64,000 bases of DNA from an uncultured Desulfospira sp. (GCA_963663165.1 OY760175.1:6016001-6080000); one strand, 5' to 3'. Positions 38,060 through 49,050 are shown, numbered from the stretch's first letter. The notes: generated by a model not told the origin, from the letters alone. Numbers and translations: made by a program.

Positions 38060-38514
38060 CGATAGAATGGCCCTGAATGAAAATTATTTGCTAAATTATA
38101 TTCAATTTTGATTAACTCATTGAATCTATAGAATAAAAAGCCAGTTCCCGATTGTGATTTATCGGTTCGGAAAGCAAGTTTTCATGCTTTGGTTGACAAA
38201 AAGGAAGTCCCTATCATATACTTTGCCCGACAAAAGGAAGTTCCTATCTTAATATCAACAGGCATGTGTGAAAAAAATGTTACAGGGTTGGGAAAAAAAT
38301 GTTATAAAACTGGAAAATTTTTTCACATCGGGTTGTTGCCAAACTGGTGGGCCAATCCCTTTTTATTGTTAATGGACGATTAGATTTTAATGGCTTGACG
38401 GAGTATTTTGGTTGGATTATTATCAATATAACAAGTGAGTTACGAATGATTAAACCAAAGGCCGTTTCCGGCATCTGTTGAGCAATATCAGATTTTAAAA
38501 CCATTTTACACCTA

Positions 38515-38530
38515 AGGCATAGAGTTTGCA
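38515..38530 (+). promoter_or_regulatory. sigma54 (-24/-12) promoter of the PEP-CTERM gene
   Basis: AGGCATAGAGTTTGCA = GG-N10-GC; candidate enhancer repeats at 38194-38250 and 38267-38327. Confidence 0.65.
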
Positions 38531-38608
38531 TTAATAATATTCTGTAATCAGAATCGAAAAGATTTCATATCATGAAATCAATAAATTTGTTTTTAACAAA
38601 AGGAGACA

Positions 38609-39301
38609 ATGAAATTGAAAAATTTACTACGAATGTTAGCGATTGCCGGATTCTTATTCCTGGCATCAGCCGCTCAGGCTGCAACTACAACTTTTGATTT
38701 AAACCTGAATGTTTTGGGTAGTCAGTACAGTAACCTTATCGGTATTGACTCCATTATTTTTAACGGCACCCCAACTTTAACTCTATCTTATGATAATAAC
38801 GACATGAACAGCACAACCGGAACTTTCAAAGAATCCGGTACCGGCTTTATCAATCTTTACACTGTGTCTGGCTCTACGGGTATATCTCTTGGCCTTGAGA
38901 AGGATCTGACTTTTGACTTTACGGATCTGAAAGGGACTTGGGAATATGATGCTGGCACTGGTCTGACAACTATCACCTTTGATCCCAATCAAACAATAAA
39001 TCTAATTTATGATAGCACCACCTATGCAACTTTTACCTTGGGGGACAACTCGACTGGAACGGTTGATCGAAGTGCCACTGTGTCCGTCATTACACAAACC
39101 TATTACCTTGAGTTGACTGGCAATAGTAAAGGCCTTTTAGGGGGTGCTAGCCTTTTCGAAGCCACCATAGGTGCATTTGGCTTTAATGATACCTATTATA
39201 CAATGACCGGTAACGCAACTGCCGTAGTCCCCATTCCTGGCAGTTTCCTGCTTATTGGTTCAGGCTTAGTCTGCCTGGTTGGCATCCGCCGCAAAGCTTA
39301 A
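38609..39301 (+). CDS. PEP-CTERM-type (VPIPG) surface protein, Thr-rich
   Basis: Signal peptide; C-terminal VPIPGSFLLIGSGLVCLVGIRRKA; AAGGAG RBS. Confidence 0.9.
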   Translation: MKLKNLLRMLAIAGFLFLASAAQAATTTFDLNLNVLGSQYSNLIGIDSIIFNGTPTLTLSYDNNDMNSTTGTFKESGTGFINLYTVSGSTGISLGLEKDLTFDFTDLKGTWEYDAGTGLTTITFDPNQTINLIYDSTTYATFTLGDNSTGTVDRSATVSVITQTYYLELTGNSKGLLGGASLFEATIGAFGFNDTYYTMTGNATAVVPIPGSFLLIGSGLVCLVGIRRKA

Positions 39302-39328
39302 GATTTATCGATATTATAATTTAAATTT

Positions 39329-39363
39329 AAAAAGGGGCCGGCTTTTATCCGGCCCCTTTTTTT
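39329..39363 (+). terminator. intrinsic terminator
   Basis: AAAAAGGGGCCGG / CCGGCCCCTTTTTTT. Confidence 0.85.
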
Positions 39364-39397
39364 ATGCTTAAACTGAGGCCATTAACCTCTTTTCTTC

Positions 39398-41089
39398 GTA
39401 ACTACTCACCCCATAAAAAAATGTAAAAATTTAAAAAAAAGACTTGACAGGTTTTTTGAGGTCAATTTTAAAATTTTTTAAATGGTCACCAAATCCTTTG
39501 TTAAAGCATGCTGGCGCTTATTTATCCAGAAATTTACCGTAAAATCATGACAGATGATGCCGAATACATAGAAAATCCGCTATAGAGCAAATCTCGAGCC
39601 GCCAAAAACCCGTGTTATAATGCTGACATGGCAACGGTAGATAAAAATAGTGTTCGGGAAGAAATAGCCCGTCTAAAAAAGGATTTTGAAAATCTTTGTG
39701 CTGAGGGCAAAGTATCTCCTGAGATGCGGGCTCTGATGAACAGCATGCTCCTTATTGTGGAATTGATACTATCTATCTTCCTTGAGAAAAAGACCCGCAA
39801 AGATAACAAAAACTCAAGTCTACCGTCTTCACAAACATCTAAGGATGAGACCTCCAAATCAGATCCTGGAAGTAAAGGAAAGGGCAAAGAGGTCAGCGGT
39901 AAGCTTAGCAATGCCCGCACAAAATCAACCGTCACCGTTGCGCAAGCTGTAACATGTAATGTATGTGGTCAGCCGCTTGATCAAGCACCCTGCCAGGGAT
40001 ATGAGCGGCGTACCAAAATAGATATCATTTTTGAAAAAGTCGTGGATCATGTTGATGCCGAAATCAAAGAGTGCCCCAACTGTAACACGACGGTCAAAGG
40101 ACAATTTCCAGAGGATATGCCAGGCCCTCTGCAATATGGGAATGGACTCAAAGCATTTGTCATTCACTTGATCATCAGCCAAATGGTTGCACTCAACCGA
40201 GTTCAAAAGCAGATTTCTGCAATGAACGGTGTGGTAATTTCAGAAGCAACCCTTATAAAGTTTGTCTGGCGACTTTTTCAAGCACTTGAAAGGTGGGAGG
40301 TCAAATCGATAGAAGACATTCTTCATGCCCCATCAATTCATGTTGACGAGACATCCTTTCGGGTGGATCGAAAAAATCACTGGATACATGTATATTCCTC
40401 CGGAGGCACCACCTTGAAGCTACTTCACCGAAAGCGAGGCAAGGAGGCGATAGTCGATTTGAATATTATTCCCCGCTATGGCGGGGTAATAATCCACGAT
40501 TGCTGGGCATCATACCTGTCGTACGATCATTGTGGACATGGACTTTGTGGTTCCCATCTATTGAGGGAACTGACATTTATTGTTGAATCCAATCAGTACA
40601 GGTGGGCTGCTAATATGAAAAAGCTTTTACAGGAAACTTGTCATAAAGTAGCAAAGCGGGAAGAAAAGTGTTTGGCAGATAAAGAATACGCTAATTTGCA
40701 AAAACGATTCCGTAACATTCTTACACGAGGTGATAAAGAGCTGCCGGAAATCCCGCCAAAACCAAAAGGAAAACGAGGTAAAATGGCCAAATCAGATGCC
40801 CATAATTTGTGGGAAAGGCTTAAAAATAATGAAGCGGCCGTTTTGCTGTTTGCCAAGGACCCATATGTTCCATTCACTAATAATCGGGCAGAACGCGATC
40901 TTCGGATGGCAAAGGTAAAACAGAAAATATCAGGTTGTTTTCGATGTCAGCAATATGCTCATGCTTATTGTCGAATTTCAAGCTACCTGCAAACCATGGC
41001 AAACAAAGGCGTGAATCCTCTTGTTGCCATTCAGCTTGCTTTGGCAGGTGAAATCCCCGGTGTCGATTTTGACCGGGGTGAGTAGTTAC
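39398..41089 (+). mobile_element. complete IS66-family element (single-ORF ISBst12-like)
   Basis: 15-bp perfect TIR GTAACTACTCACCCC / GGGGTGAGTAGTTAC; 8-bp TSD TTTTCTTC at 39390-39397 and 41090-41097. Confidence 0.95.
39628..41085 (+). CDS. tnpC: IS66 transposase
   Basis: NSSLPSS, CxxC..CxxC zinc finger, HVDET, HDCW, CGSHLLREL, TNNRAERDLR. Confidence 0.95.
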   Translation: MATVDKNSVREEIARLKKDFENLCAEGKVSPEMRALMNSMLLIVELILSIFLEKKTRKDNKNSSLPSSQTSKDETSKSDPGSKGKGKEVSGKLSNARTKSTVTVAQAVTCNVCGQPLDQAPCQGYERRTKIDIIFEKVVDHVDAEIKECPNCNTTVKGQFPEDMPGPLQYGNGLKAFVIHLIISQMVALNRVQKQISAMNGVVISEATLIKFVWRLFQALERWEVKSIEDILHAPSIHVDETSFRVDRKNHWIHVYSSGGTTLKLLHRKRGKEAIVDLNIIPRYGGVIIHDCWASYLSYDHCGHGLCGSHLLRELTFIVESNQYRWAANMKKLLQETCHKVAKREEKCLADKEYANLQKRFRNILTRGDKELPEIPPKPKGKRGKMAKSDAHNLWERLKNNEAAVLLFAKDPYVPFTNNRAERDLRMAKVKQKISGCFRCQQYAHAYCRISSYLQTMANKGVNPLVAIQLALAGEIPGVDFDRGE

Positions 41090-41685
41090 TTTTCTTCTTG
41101 AATTCGTGACCGATTAATACAAGGCAGGAAAACCAAACAACGGCTCTGCCTGGAAACCGGTACGTTCAAAAACGCATGGATTTAAAATTCAAGCCTACCG
41201 GAAATAGCCGGTTGAATAACGTCACTCTATATCAAGATGGCCCTTAGACTTTTTCCAAAAATAATGTTCAAGATATCTTTTAATCATCTCCTTTGCATTT
41301 TGCATGACGGCTTTGCCGATGGTTCATGCAACCCATCATAAAAAATAACCACGGGCAAAATGCTGCCGCCCCAAGGGGCGGGTTTTAACTTTGCTGGAAC
41401 CATAACAGTCCGCCACTTTTTGATAACCGCATCCCCCCTCACAGCATCAAATCGCCCTTAAAAATAATGGATTAAAATTTCTGGTCTCCTTGGATTAAGT
41501 TTTGACTTTTTAATTCTTATTCTGGTATGGTAAATAAATTAAAAAAATCGTGTTCTCCGCCCTGTTTGCGATAAGAGATTTGTAACGCATGGAAACTGCG
41601 CCAACATTTCACATTCTTGAATATGTGATGTCATATTTAGTATACCATCAAGGGAATATAACTTTACGAAAAAAAGGAGAAAGAG

Positions 41686-42156
41686 ATGAAAAAATTGATA
41701 TTTTGTGCGTTAGCTTTATCGTGTTTTTTCGTTGTCGCTAACGGTTTCACCGCTGAAATCACCAAAGAGCAGGTCATTGCCCTTGTGGAAAAAACCTGCG
41801 AAGATATCAAGGCCGACGCCAAAGGCACATTTGAGAAAATTGCCAATGGGGAGCATCCCTACAAAGATGCTCAAAACCCGGCTTCCTACGTTTTTGTTTA
41901 TGACACCGAAGTGATCATTGTGGCCCACCCCAAGAAAAACCTTATCGGCAGAAGCTACAAAGGCAAACCCGATGTAAGGGGCAAGAAATTCCGGGACGAT
42001 ATTGTCAATGGGGCCCTTGCCAACGGAACCGGATGGGTGGATTATTCCTATAAAAAACCCGAAGACACAGGAATTCATCAAAAAACCACCTATTACCAGC
42101 TGGTTACTGGATCAGACGGCAAACAGTACGTGGTTGCCAGTGGCAAATATTTATAA
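41686..42156 (+). CDS. periplasmic single-Cache domain protein
   Basis: Signal peptide; YVFVYD...AHP...DVRGK...GWVDYSY..P...K..Y. Confidence 0.9.
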   Translation: MKKLIFCALALSCFFVVANGFTAEITKEQVIALVEKTCEDIKADAKGTFEKIANGEHPYKDAQNPASYVFVYDTEVIIVAHPKKNLIGRSYKGKPDVRGKKFRDDIVNGALANGTGWVDYSYKKPEDTGIHQKTTYYQLVTGSDGKQYVVASGKYL

Positions 42157-42302
42157 CCGTATTTTAAAAACAGACAGGGGCTGGCTGGCGGTATCTGCCA
42201 TGATCAGCCCACACAAATATTGAAAGCCGTCAGCATGGTTCCGACCCATTTCATATTATACCAACTAAATTTTCAACTTAAGTTTTAGGGAGCTGTGGAC
42301 AA

Positions 42303-43940
42303 ATGACCATTCGATTCAAATTAATTTTAATAGCCGTTATCTCATTAATTTCACTTCTGGCCGTTGCATTGCTGGGACAGTATAATATAGCACGCATGGC
42401 GCAAACACTGGAATTATATAACACCCAAAACGAAACCCTTTTAAAACTTTTCCGGGCATCCAAAAACTTCGATACCATTTTAGAAAGTTATAAACATGAT
42501 ATCATTGCCACCATGTTGGGCCAGGAAACTCACCAGGACTGGCCCAAAGTTGAAGAAAAGCTGAATATGATTCAAGCCGAACTGGTTGCTGCGGAACAAA
42601 CCAATAATATCAAGCCGGCCATCAGCAGCCAGCTCCAGTCCCTTAAGCCGTTTCTCAAGGATGGCCTGGCCGCCATTGCCGGTGAAGACGCCTACGGGGC
42701 AAGCGAGCTCTTTTCCTTAAAAATCAATCCGCTTCAAAAAGACATCCAACAGCAGACCAGCCAGATTGTGTCAACCGCCGAGAAGATATTAGAAACCAAT
42801 TATGACGAGGCATTTAAAAAATACCTGTTGAACCGGAAAATTCTGGTCATTGCTGTGGCCATTATCTGTGTGGGGATATTCGGGTTTGTTCTGATCACCG
42901 GCAGTATTATTTCCAAGCGGCTTAAACAGGCGGTCCAGGATGTGGCACGCATTGCCCAGGGGGATATGACGGTCAAAGTCGCCGTGGACCGGTCTGATGA
43001 AATCGGCAATTTAAATAAGTCATTAAACAAAATGATTACCGATTTAAGGGAAATGTTTAAAGACATTGCCGTAAACGTGACCACACTGAATTCGGCTTCA
43101 AGCCTTCTGGCAGCGTCTGCCGGCAAAATTAAAGAGCAGTCTGAAACGGCCGATGCCAGATCAAACACCGTGGCCCAAGATGTGGAAGAAGTAAAACAGG
43201 CCATGGTTGGAGTGGCGGCCGCGACCGAGGAGGCCTCGACCAGTATCCAGATGATCGTGGCCGCATCCGAAGAAATGTCCGTAACCATTCATGAAATTTC
43301 CCAAAATGCCAACCAGGGCAGCCAGACCACTTCAGACGCCGTAGGGGTGTCAGAAGAGGTCTCAGGCCTCATGGACAAACTGGACCTGGCGGCCAATGAA
43401 ATCGGTGACTTTACCAATACGATTTCAGATATTTCCGGGCAGATCAACCTGCTGGCACTGAACGCCACCATAGAAGCCGCCAGGGCCGGCGAGGCCGGCA
43501 AAGGGTTTGCCGTTGTGGCCGATGAAATTAAAACCCTGGCCGAACAAACCGATATGGCCACCAGTGAAATTAAACAAAAAATCACCGGCATCCAGGGCAT
43601 TGCCAAAGATTCCATGGGAGCAATCAAATCGGTTTCTGAAATCGTCGGCAATGTAAATTCCATTATGTCCACCGTGGCCACCTCTGTGGGCGAACAAACA
43701 ACGGCAACCAGTGATATTTCCAACAATGTTGCCCAGGCCAGTTTGGGCGTGGATGAAATCAGTCAGAATATTAACCAGACGTCATCACTGACCGAAGAAA
43801 TCAGCCGGGAGATTACCGAGGTAAGCCAGCTGGTTCAAGATACCAATTCCAGCAGTGAAGAGGTCAATGAAAGTGCCGGCAAATTGTCCGAACTGGCAGA
43901 GAATTTAAATGTTATGGTTAGCCGGTTTAAGCTGGAATAA
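42303..43940 (+). CDS. methyl-accepting chemotaxis protein
   Basis: Two TMs, [35 protein letters not shown]. Confidence 0.96.
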   Translation: MTIRFKLILIAVISLISLLAVALLGQYNIARMAQTLELYNTQNETLLKLFRASKNFDTILESYKHDIIATMLGQETHQDWPKVEEKLNMIQAELVAAEQTNNIKPAISSQLQSLKPFLKDGLAAIAGEDAYGASELFSLKINPLQKDIQQQTSQIVSTAEKILETNYDEAFKKYLLNRKILVIAVAIICVGIFGFVLITGSIISKRLKQAVQDVARIAQGDMTVKVAVDRSDEIGNLNKSLNKMITDLREMFKDIAVNVTTLNSASSLLAASAGKIKEQSETADARSNTVAQDVEEVKQAMVGVAAATEEASTSIQMIVAASEEMSVTIHEISQNANQGSQTTSDAVGVSEEVSGLMDKLDLAANEIGDFTNTISDISGQINLLALNATIEAARAGEAGKGFAVVADEIKTLAEQTDMATSEIKQKITGIQGIAKDSMGAIKSVSEIVGNVNSIMSTVATSVGEQTTATSDISNNVAQASLGVDEISQNINQTSSLTEEISREITEVSQLVQDTNSSSEEVNESAGKLSELAENLNVMVSRFKLE

Positions 43941-44030
43941 CGGTCGCGGACCGTCTTTGGTTATCCAACCAAGAGCCGCCCACAACAAATATTGAAAGTC
44001 TTCTCAGGACGTTAGTGAGACTTTCATATA
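43937..44030 (+). repeat. family B ~90-bp repeat copy (includes the MCP stop codon)
   Basis: Near-identical to 11062-11151. Confidence 0.85.
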
Positions 44031-44051
44031 AAAACCTTAGAGGGAACCGGG

Positions 44052-46832
44052 TCAGGCGGTCTTTTTAAACTGCCGCACGGCATAGGCCACAAAATCGTCA
44101 TAGGGCATGGGCTTGGCAAACAGGTATCCCTGGATAATATCGCAGCCTTCCCCCACAAGGAAATCCATTTGATCCTGGGTCTCCACCCCTTCGGCAACGG
44201 TTTGAAGGGTCATGGCCTGGGCCATGGCCAGGGCCGCCCGGACAATGGCCTTGCTAGTTTCTTCGGTTTCAATGTCATTGATCAGTGAGGCGTCCAGTTT
44301 CAGGGCCGTCAAGGGCAGATTTTTAATGGAATTCAAAGAGGAATACCCGGTGCCGAAATCATCGAGTTCCACCCCGAGCCCCATATTCCGAAGTTCCTCC
44401 ATAACGCTTCTGGCCCGGTCCATATCCTGGACAAGGCTGGTTTCGGTCAGCTCAAATTTCAACCGCCGGCTCACGGCACCGGTCTGGTCAAAAACCCGCT
44501 TAACGGTCTCAATAAACTTTTTATCGCCGAACTGAAGGGCACTGATGTTAACCGCTATAGCAAAATCGTCGGGAAGCTCAAATTTTTCCAGGTTCATGGC
44601 ATGAATGCAGGCCTGCTTGAGGACCCATTCCCCCAAGGGAAGGATCAGGCCGGTGCTTTCCGCCATGGGGATAAATTCGGCCGGACTGACCGGCGATCTG
44701 TCTGGCGGAAACCAGCGGAGAAGGGCCTCAGCCCCGCACAATACACCGGTTTTGGATACCTGGGGCTGCAAGAACAGCCTGAACTCGTCATGGTCCAGTC
44801 CGGTTTTCATATCCATGGCCATGGCGGTTTTGCTGTTCACCATGGCCTGGCGTTCTTCGCTGTAAAGGCAGATCCGGTTCCGCCCCCTGTCTTTGGCCTC
44901 ATACATGGCCACATCCGCCCGTTTGAGGACCTGGCTTTCATTCTGGTCCTTGCCGTGGAACAGGGTCACTCCCACAGAGGTGCTGGAGTAGTGGACATGC
45001 CGTTCCTCTCCCAGGATATAAGGATGGCATAAAATCTTTCTGGTCTTTTCCGCAACGGCCATGGCTTTTTCCCGGCCGCTTTTTTTGTCACTGCCCAGCC
45101 ACTCCAGCAGAATAACAAACTCATCACCTCCCAGACGCGCCACGGTATCGGTTTCCCGGACACTGGCGCTAAGCCGCCGGCCCACTTCCACCAGCAGGGC
45201 ATCTCCGACATCATGGCCCCGGGTGTCGTTTAAGCTTTTAAAATTATCCAGGTCCAGCATGAGAACCGCGCCGTAAAGCTGTTTTCTGCCGGCCAGGGCA
45301 ACGGCATGGGAAAGCCGGTCCAAAAAAAGCTGACGGTTGGCAAGGCCGGTTAAAGAGTCATACAGGGCCAGCCTGCGAATCCGGTCCTCGGCCTGACGGC
45401 GTATGGTGATATCCCAGATATACCCATGCCATAATGTGCCGCCGTCCAGCATCCGTTCCGGGGTGGCATGGGATTCCAGCCAGATATCCCCTTTCTGGGG
45501 GTGGCTGACCCGGTACTGGGCTTTCCATGTGGTGACGGACTGGGTGGATGCATTGATGCTGTCCACCACTTTGTGCCGGTCATTTTCATGGATGATGTTA
45601 ATCAGGATCCCTGAGTTTTCATACAGTTCCTCCGGGGTTATCCCGCAGGTCTGCTGCACGCCTGAGCTGACGTAAAGCACTTGCCAGTCCCCTTCCTTGT
45701 CACGCTTGAGCTGGAAGATAAATCCTGGAATATGCCGGGACAGTTTGTCCAGTTTATTGGACAGCTCCTTTCGCTGGGTGATGTCCTGAACCATGCCTGA
45801 TATTTTGATGATGTTCCCGTCCCGGTCTTTTACGCAGGCCGCCTTCTGGTAAACAAGCCGCTCAGCACCGTCAGGGCGGACGACCCGGTATTCCACATTT
45901 AAGGCGTCCGGATCATGGGCAAAGGACTTGAACTGTTTTCTGACCATGGTCTGGTCTTCAGGGTGTATAAATTCCAGCACATTTTCCCGGCTCACTTTAA
46001 CGTCGGCCCTTGATCTTCCCGCGATCTGGTATACCTGATCTGAACAGTCCATGTCCCCCGAGGCCGTGTCAATCTCCCAATGGCCGATAAGGGCCAGCTT
46101 CTGGGCTTCAACCAGGCGGTGGCGGGTGTCGGTCAGCTGGGCCACTGATGACTTTAAGGACCCAAAGGCCTGCCGCACCTGCTTTTCCAGGGGCCTGAAA
46201 ATAAAATATGCCTCCAAAAGAAGAAACAGGAGGCCGGCCAGCCAGATAAACAGTTCAAACCGCTCTATTTTCAGGATGGACGCCCTGCCGATCCGTTCAT
46301 ATTCCTCCACCACGGCGTCCAAAAGGGGTTCTAAGGCGTGGGGACCGTAATTGATCAGGTAAATATAGGCAATGGATTTTTTTGAAAGGCTTTCCATGTC
46401 CATGTCATAGACCTGTCCGGCCCGTTCCAGAAATCGTTCAAGAGCCATGTCCAGTCCCATCATGGGATCTTCATAAATATTTTTTAAGGTCTCATTGATC
46501 ACTTTAGGGGTCTGGGTTTCAGGATCGCCTTCCCTGAGGGCCTTGTGGGCGGCCTTCATTTTGTGCATGGTCAGGCCGATCTGGGACCGGGCATTTTCAA
46601 ATTCAGCCTCATCATTGGTGTCTGCCATCAGGCCGGCAAAGTAGACAATCCGGTCCGTCAGGCCGGCCTGGTGACCGGCAAGGTTAACCAGCCGGGCAAA
46701 GTCCCGCTGTTTTGAAATCACATGCTGCATGCTCAAAAAAGAAGTGGTCATCAAAAGGGCTATGGCGCTTAACCCGATCACATAACGCCAGCGCAGGTTT
46801 CCAGCAATAGTTAAAGGCAAAAGATCCTCCAA
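44052..46832 (-). CDS. membrane-bound diguanylate cyclase/phosphodiesterase (NarX/PilJ-like sensor, PAS x2, GGDEF, EAL)
   Basis: VNLAGHQ after TM1; two PAS domains; RETD I-site plus GGDEF; EALLRW, DDFGTGYSS, EGVE; TTG start uncertain. Confidence 0.92.
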   Translation of the reverse strand: MEDLLPLTIAGNLRWRYVIGLSAIALLMTTSFLSMQHVISKQRDFARLVNLAGHQAGLTDRIVYFAGLMADTNDEAEFENARSQIGLTMHKMKAAHKALREGDPETQTPKVINETLKNIYEDPMMGLDMALERFLERAGQVYDMDMESLSKKSIAYIYLINYGPHALEPLLDAVVEEYERIGRASILKIERFELFIWLAGLLFLLLEAYFIFRPLEKQVRQAFGSLKSSVAQLTDTRHRLVEAQKLALIGHWEIDTASGDMDCSDQVYQIAGRSRADVKVSRENVLEFIHPEDQTMVRKQFKSFAHDPDALNVEYRVVRPDGAERLVYQKAACVKDRDGNIIKISGMVQDITQRKELSNKLDKLSRHIPGFIFQLKRDKEGDWQVLYVSSGVQQTCGITPEELYENSGILINIIHENDRHKVVDSINASTQSVTTWKAQYRVSHPQKGDIWLESHATPERMLDGGTLWHGYIWDITIRRQAEDRIRRLALYDSLTGLANRQLFLDRLSHAVALAGRKQLYGAVLMLDLDNFKSLNDTRGHDVGDALLVEVGRRLSASVRETDTVARLGGDEFVILLEWLGSDKKSGREKAMAVAEKTRKILCHPYILGEERHVHYSSTSVGVTLFHGKDQNESQVLKRADVAMYEAKDRGRNRICLYSEERQAMVNSKTAMAMDMKTGLDHDEFRLFLQPQVSKTGVLCGAEALLRWFPPDRSPVSPAEFIPMAESTGLILPLGEWVLKQACIHAMNLEKFELPDDFAIAVNISALQFGDKKFIETVKRVFDQTGAVSRRLKFELTETSLVQDMDRARSVMEELRNMGLGVELDDFGTGYSSLNSIKNLPLTALKLDASLINDIETEETSKAIVRAALAMAQAMTLQTVAEGVETQDQMDFLVGEGCDIIQGYLFAKPMPYDDFVAYAVRQFKKTA

Positions 46833-46969
46833 ATCAACGGCAACATATCCTTGTTATCCATCAACATCCCATTTCCATTTGTCACACCGGTCAACGCGGT
46901 TATCCGATATTTGCATGTTGCCTTTTCACAGGCGATAGGGATTCTTACCACGCTTATATTAGAAAATTG

Positions 46970-47809
46970 TTAAATCGCCCCAGGGTTCAGCCGTTTTCCC
47001 AAAATGGTATTCCAGACCCCGTCCGGGCAGCGCCGCTCCATGATATGAACAGGCATCTGTTTTAATTCATCCATCACCTTCCGGGCCTGGGAAATCAAAA
47101 GCCCTGACAGGATAAAATAATCGGCCTTGAGAAATCCAGGGGCCTGAATCAGAATTTTCATGACATCATAATGGATATTGGCCACCAAAAGGTCACAGGG
47201 AAGGTCCATGACATCCTCTCCCCTGGCCTGGAAGGCCAGAACCCGGTCCTGGAAACGGTTCAACCGGATATTGTTCAGACAGGTTTTAACGGCTAAAAGG
47301 TTAAAATCGCAGGCCAGGACCCGGCGGCACCCAAGGGCGGCCGCCCCTAAGGCAAGCAATCCGGTGCCCGTGCCGATGTCCAGCACCGAATCAATCTTTT
47401 TTGGGGTACACAGCCGGTGAATCAGACTTAAGCAGTCTTCGGTGGTCTGGTGCCGGCCCGTTCCGAACACCACCCCGGGATCAAGGATAACCTCTTTAAT
47501 GTCTTTATTTTCTTTTCGGTCCAGCCGGTTCCATGGGGGGACCACACGAAGGGAGTCTACATAATAGGGGTCAATGGTTTGCCCATGCCATTGTTCACAG
47601 GTCATCTGATAGGTATCGGCCAGGGGGACCAATGGATTTTCCTGGCAGACCTTTGAAATCAGATCCGGTTTCTGGGTTTTAAAAAACAGAAACGCAGTGT
47701 CCTGCTCCACCCAATTGCCTAAAAAATCCGGGTCTGTTTCAAGTTCCCGGTCCAGGACGGGGATTCCTTCAAAATAGTAGATGGTCATGTGCTCGTACGG
47801 GTTTTCCAT
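46970..47809 (-). CDS. PrmA-like protein methyltransferase (paralog)
   Basis: LDPGVVFGTGRHQTT, LDIGTGTG, VANI, ILSGL. Confidence 0.85.
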   Translation of the reverse strand: MENPYEHMTIYYFEGIPVLDRELETDPDFLGNWVEQDTAFLFFKTQKPDLISKVCQENPLVPLADTYQMTCEQWHGQTIDPYYVDSLRVVPPWNRLDRKENKDIKEVILDPGVVFGTGRHQTTEDCLSLIHRLCTPKKIDSVLDIGTGTGLLALGAAALGCRRVLACDFNLLAVKTCLNNIRLNRFQDRVLAFQARGEDVMDLPCDLLVANIHYDVMKILIQAPGFLKADYFILSGLLISQARKVMDELKQMPVHIMERRCPDGVWNTILGKRLNPGAI

Positions 47810-47998
47810 ATGTATGCTCTCATATATAGCTGTTAGCTGTCAGCTGTTAGCCATTAGCTGTTAAACGGGAAGCATTGAGGCCGGTAAAACCGGCTAATGG
47901 CTAAAAGCTAAGGGCTAACGGCTAAAAACCATTGACATTACCACAAATGTAAAAAATAATCCCCCTGAAATCAAAAAAATAAAGACTAGGCCGGAACC

Positions 47999-48940
47999 AT
48001 GAAATTCAGAAAAATTACCATCGGGTTTGACGCCCCTGACCCGGAATCCGCAGAAGATTTGATCTGTGATATTTTTTTTTCACAGAACCTTAAAGGGGTG
48101 GTATGCCATGTCCCCATAAACGAACCGGACCAGGGATTCGGGTGTGAGGACCTGCCCGTGCCTGAAGAAAACAGCGTCACCGGGTACCTGCCGGATATTG
48201 ATTCATCGGATATGGTGTTCAATAAAATCCAGGCCATGGCCGGCGCCCTGTCGGATCTGGGCATCCGGACCCGGATCACACAAAGCCTGGTGGATGAAGA
48301 GGACTGGGCCAATGCCTGGAAAGCATATTTTGATGTGACCCGGATCAGCGACCGGATCATTATCAAACCTGAATGGAAGCCCTATGAAGAAAAGAAAGGC
48401 GAGGCGGTCATCCACCTGGACCCGGGCATGGCCTTTGGCACCGGGACCCATCCCACCACGGCCATGTGTCTTCGCCAGGTGGAGCGGTTCATGACCCCCG
48501 GGGCGGATTTTCTGGATGTGGGAACCGGGTCCGGCATTTTAATGATTGCCGCGGCCAAACTGGGTGCCGGTTTGTTGACTGGCATTGACACCGATGAAAC
48601 CGCTGTCAGGGTCTGCCGGGAAAACCTGAAAAAGAATCATGTTTCAGAAGGCAGGGTCACTCTTTCCTGTACCACCCTGGACCAGCTTGACCCCGGACCG
48701 GGGAAAAAAACCTTTGATTTGATTGCCGCCAATATTCTGGCCCAGGTGCTGGTGGACCTCATGCCGCAGCTTAAACAACACATGCACGAAAGAAGTGTCC
48801 TTATCCTGTCCGGCATTATCACAGAACGGCTCCCGGACATCATGGCGGCCCTTTCCGAGAACCGCCTTGAACCCGTTTCACAGGATCAGACCGATGAATG
48901 GGTGGCCCTCGGGGTAAGGGTGCAGGCGGCGGGCTTATAA
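47999..48940 (+). CDS. prmA: 50S ribosomal protein L11 methyltransferase
   Basis: EEDWANAWK, LDPGMAFGTGTHPTT, LDVGTGSG, ANILA, LSGII. Confidence 0.92.
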   Translation: MKFRKITIGFDAPDPESAEDLICDIFFSQNLKGVVCHVPINEPDQGFGCEDLPVPEENSVTGYLPDIDSSDMVFNKIQAMAGALSDLGIRTRITQSLVDEEDWANAWKAYFDVTRISDRIIIKPEWKPYEEKKGEAVIHLDPGMAFGTGTHPTTAMCLRQVERFMTPGADFLDVGTGSGILMIAAAKLGAGLLTGIDTDETAVRVCRENLKKNHVSEGRVTLSCTTLDQLDPGPGKKTFDLIAANILAQVLVDLMPQLKQHMHERSVLILSGIITERLPDIMAALSENRLEPVSQDQTDEWVALGVRVQAAGL

Positions 48941-49050
48941 TTTGTGCATAAACGAAACCCTTTGTGTAAAAGATATGGGTTATGCCAATATAAGTTCAGG
49001 GGATCAGACTGAAGGGATGCACAACCCCCTTCAGTCTTCAGCCTGATGCC

